DNA from: Lama guanicoe | Lineage: Eukaryota | Direction: 5' to 3' | Length of the DNA: 64,000 bases | Assembly: GCA_013239625.1 (NCBI GenBank) | Contig: MU054001.1 | Coordinates: 2,114,151 to 2,178,150 of the forward strand | Shown here: positions 62,581 through 64,000 of the stretch, piece after piece | Position numbering within the stretch: position 1 is the stretch's first letter | Layout: each line of letters opens with the position of its first letter | Translations under genes and position numbers: made by a program | Notes under the pieces: model-generated | Told to the model about the DNA's origin: nothing | Seen by the model: the letters and a program-made list of their open reading frames with translations, nothing else | Database searches by the model: none

Positions 62581-62946
62581 AGATGCAGTCTGATGGCTCA
62601 TGTGCCCCAATGTCTAGTGGAAATGGTGTCATGCAGGGAACATTCTGTGCTTCATTCATTTATTCTCATCCACTCACCTATTCATTCTTCTATTCATCCA
62701 ACAAATATTAATTGAGAAATAATGCCTAGATGCCAGGTATTCTGCCAGTCACAAGGAATATGCTAAAAACTCAGAAAAAAAAGTCAAAAGCTAAATATCT
62801 TAAGGCTTTAAAACAGCACAGCAGCACACCTGTCATCTTCTCGCTGTACCTATTGAGGTAGAACCTGGAAGTACATGTCATCTCTCCCCTGCCCTGACAT
62901 AGGACCTTAGAAGTATGCAGAGGGATGTATTAGAAATACAGGTCAC

Positions 62947-63161
62947 ACCTTAAAGAACTAAAAATGAAGTTACCGTATGATCTAGCAATCTCACTCCTGG
63001 CCATATATTCAGAGAAAACTCTAACTCAAAAAGATTCTTGTGCCCCAATGTTCAGAGCAGGACTATTTACCATAGCCAAGACATGGAACCTAAGTGTCTA
63101 TTGACAGATGATTCCATAAAGAAAATGTGGTATATATACATATACATACATATATAGATAT

Positions 63162-63214
<53 letters not shown>

Positions 63215-63585
63215 GGAATACTACTCAGCCATAAAAAAGAATGAAATAATGCCATTTGTAACAACATAAATGGACCTAGAGATTATCATACTAAGGAAGT
63301 TGGACAGAAAAAGACAAATACCATTTATCACTTATATGTGGAATATAAAAAGTGATACAAATGAACTTATTTACAAAACAGAAATAGACTCACAGACATA
63401 AAAAACCAAACTTATGGTTATCCAAGCGGAAAGGTGGGGAGGAATAAATTAGGAGTTTAGGATTAACAGATGCTACTACATATAAAACAGATAAAGAACA
63501 AGGTCCCACTATATACAACAGGGAACTATACTCAATAACTTGTAATAACCTAGGATGGAGAAGAATCTGAAAAACAATATATGTA
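62947..63585 (+). mobile_element. L1 ORF2 end and 3' UTR, with internal (GATA)n
   Basis: TTACCGTATGATCTAGCAATCTCACTCCTGG...CCAAGACATGGAACCTAAGTGTC...ATGGAATACTACTCAGCCATAAAAAAGAATGAA. Confidence 0.93.
63130..63212. repeat. (TA)/(GATA)n microsatellite
   Basis: About 11 GATA units after a TA-rich tract. Confidence 0.95.
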
Positions 63586-63591
63586 CCAAAC

Positions 63592-64000
63592 TGGAGATAC
63601 CTCAAAAGACTAGGAATAAACTTACCATATGACCCAGGAATCCCGCTCCTGGGCATATATCCAGAAGAAACCCTACTTCAAAATGACACCTGCACCCCAG
63701 TGTTCATAGCAGCACTATTTACAATAGACAAGACATGGAAACAGCCTAAATGTCCATCAGCAGATGACTGGATAAAGAAGCTGTGGTATATTTATACAAT
63801 GGAATACTATTCAGCCATTAAAAACTGACAACATAACGCCATTTGTAGCAACATGGATGTTCCTGGAGAATGTCATTCTAAATGAAGTAAGCCAGAAAGA
63901 GAAAGAAAAATCCTGTATGAGATCACTCCTATGTGGAATCTGAAAAAAACAAAAAAACAAAAAACAAAAACATAAATACAAAACAGAAACAGACTCATAG
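63592..64000 (+). mobile_element. Young L1 ORF2 C-terminus, running out of the window
   Basis: Translates WRYLKRLGINLPYDPGIPLLGIYPEETLLQNDTCTPVFIAALFTIDKTWKQPKCPSADDWIKKLWYIYTMEYYSAI, then a +1 frameshift to KTDNITPFVATWMFLENVILNEVSQKEKEK. Confidence 0.95.

Noticed and set aside
1..64000. A novel multi-gene system, CRISPR array or prokaryote-style operon
   Set aside because: The DNA is mammalian and non-coding; there are no regularly spaced repeat-spacer units and no long or recognisable ORFs.
1..64000. Naming the host or neighbouring gene
   Set aside because: No exon is recognisable; the locus needs a genome alignment.

Overview
Non-coding mammalian genomic DNA (CpG-depleted, repeat-rich), either a large intron or an intergenic region. 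I found no protein-coding exon, processed pseudogene, rRNA, genuine tRNA or CRISPR array that I can support. The supplied ORFs are chance ORFs or repeat-derived. Five tRNA-Ala(AGC)-derived SINEs with an (AAAT/AAAC)n-AAACCTAATT tail match the camelid Vic-1 type, so the source is probably a camel, alpaca or relative (inference). A large part of the window is interspersed repeats: L1 3' ends with target-site duplications (TSDs), old L1M, L2, MIR, CR1, MLT1/MLT2/MER21/LTR16-like LTRs, an ERV1-type solo LTR, and MER5/MER58/MER45/Tc2 DNA transposons, often nested. Several repeat-free islands are dense in homeodomain, Pbx-Hox, Meis and POU/Sox motifs and look like conserved developmental enhancers. 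The most unusual local structures are a 63-nt MLT1-derived fold-back hairpin (20239-20301), a diverged ~80-bp duplication ~1 kb apart (1841-2886) and a CpG-rich exon/promoter-like segment (39058-39247). I cannot support a new biological system here. Repeat subfamily names come from recalled consensus sequences and boundaries of old repeats are approximate.
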